Assembly: GCA_002633005.1 (NCBI GenBank)
Contig: NMRA01000023.1
Location: 1 to 64,000, forward strand
Reading direction: 5' to 3'
DNA: 64,000 nucleotides
From: Phoronis australis
Lineage: Eukaryota > Animalia > Phoronida
The position numbers and the translations under genes are program-made. Below are positions 63,150 to 64,000 of the stretch, piece by piece; position 1 is the first letter of the stretch, and each line of letters begins with the position of its first letter. Under the pieces are notes generated by a model. It was not told the origin of the DNA, did no database searches, and saw only the letters and a program-made list of their open reading frames with translations.

Positions 63150-64000
63150 GTAAAAAGCTATTCGATATGAGATCCGGGTGCTTACACACAAATCAGTCGA
63201 ACGTAGACCACAAAACAATACGCAAACAATGACACTTTGATACAGTCTAGAAGCACGTAGAAGGGTAATACTAAGAATTGACAATAGGACAAAACTTTTT
63301 ATACAAATCTATGATAAATATAAATTCCATCGATACTGCTTTATAAACTCTTTTTGACAAGGTGTAAGTCGCCAAAATGAATGAGACAGAAAAAATTGGA
63401 TGGTCTACATACACATGAAGAAGTCACACAATGCTTGAAAAAAATGAAAACCAACAAAAGCCCTGGCTCCAGTGGTCCTTCTGTGGGAGGCAGACATTAG
63501 ACATGTCGTTGTTCGCTCACTTAATACTGGTTTTGCTGTTGGTCAGTTATCATTAACACAGGAAGAGGGCGTGATTACCTGTATCCCTACGGGAGCAGAT
63601 AAAAGTAAATACTATTTGAAAACTGGAGACGTATATCCTTACGTGACATATAAAATGACTTCTTCGGCTGTGGTTGAGCGTTTAAAATCCGTATTTGGAC
63701 CAGACAGGTTTTGTTTCCGGAAGAAATATGAACGAAAATATTAGCGTGCTATATGATCAAATGTTTTATGCCTAGTCAGCTAACAAACTCGGATTGCTCT
63801 TACTGATCGATTTTGAGAAAGCATTTCATTCATTGTCGTGGAATTTTATACAAAAAATCTTTGTCTATCCTTAATTTTGGTTGGTCGATCAGAAGGTGGG
63901 CAAAAGTCTTTCATAGTATTATTAAGTCGTGTGTTTTAAATGGTCGCCCATCTTCCTCAGTGGTGGCCCCCTGTCTCCCTACATCTTTATAGTGTGCACA
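63150..64000 (+). mobile_element. L1/Tx1-type LINE reverse transcriptase fragment (degenerate, runs off the window)
   Basis: QTGFVSGRN, LLLLIDFEKAFHSLSWNFI, PLSPYIFIVC; stops and frameshifts. Confidence 0.85.

Overview
Repeat-rich metazoan (marine invertebrate-like) genomic DNA; not prokaryotic. Most of the short ORFs in the track are spurious. The window is dominated by one large spliced gene on the minus strand. I traced 31 exons by hand, from the ATG at 59840 to an exon ending at 2642. All introns are GT-AG, all phases are compatible, and together the exons give 4792 nt (about 1597 codons) without a stop; the gene appears to run off the left edge. The predicted protein is secreted and carries a signal peptide, a vitellogenin/MTP-like large lipid transfer (LLT) module, two furin-type sites, an amphipathic helical region, a LECT2/peptidase-M23-like domain lacking the zinc ligands, a SAP-like motif and a Cys-rich region. 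The introns are packed with transposon relics and minisatellites: a 547-bp TRIM with tRNA-like Pol III A/B boxes in its LTRs nested in a Gypsy LTR, a solo LTR, Penelope, L2/CR1 and L1/Tx1 fragments, several MITEs with readable target-site duplications (TSDs), and a modular repeat family carrying co-oriented CTCF-like motifs about every 140-150 bp. Domain and family names come from pattern recognition only; no searches were run.
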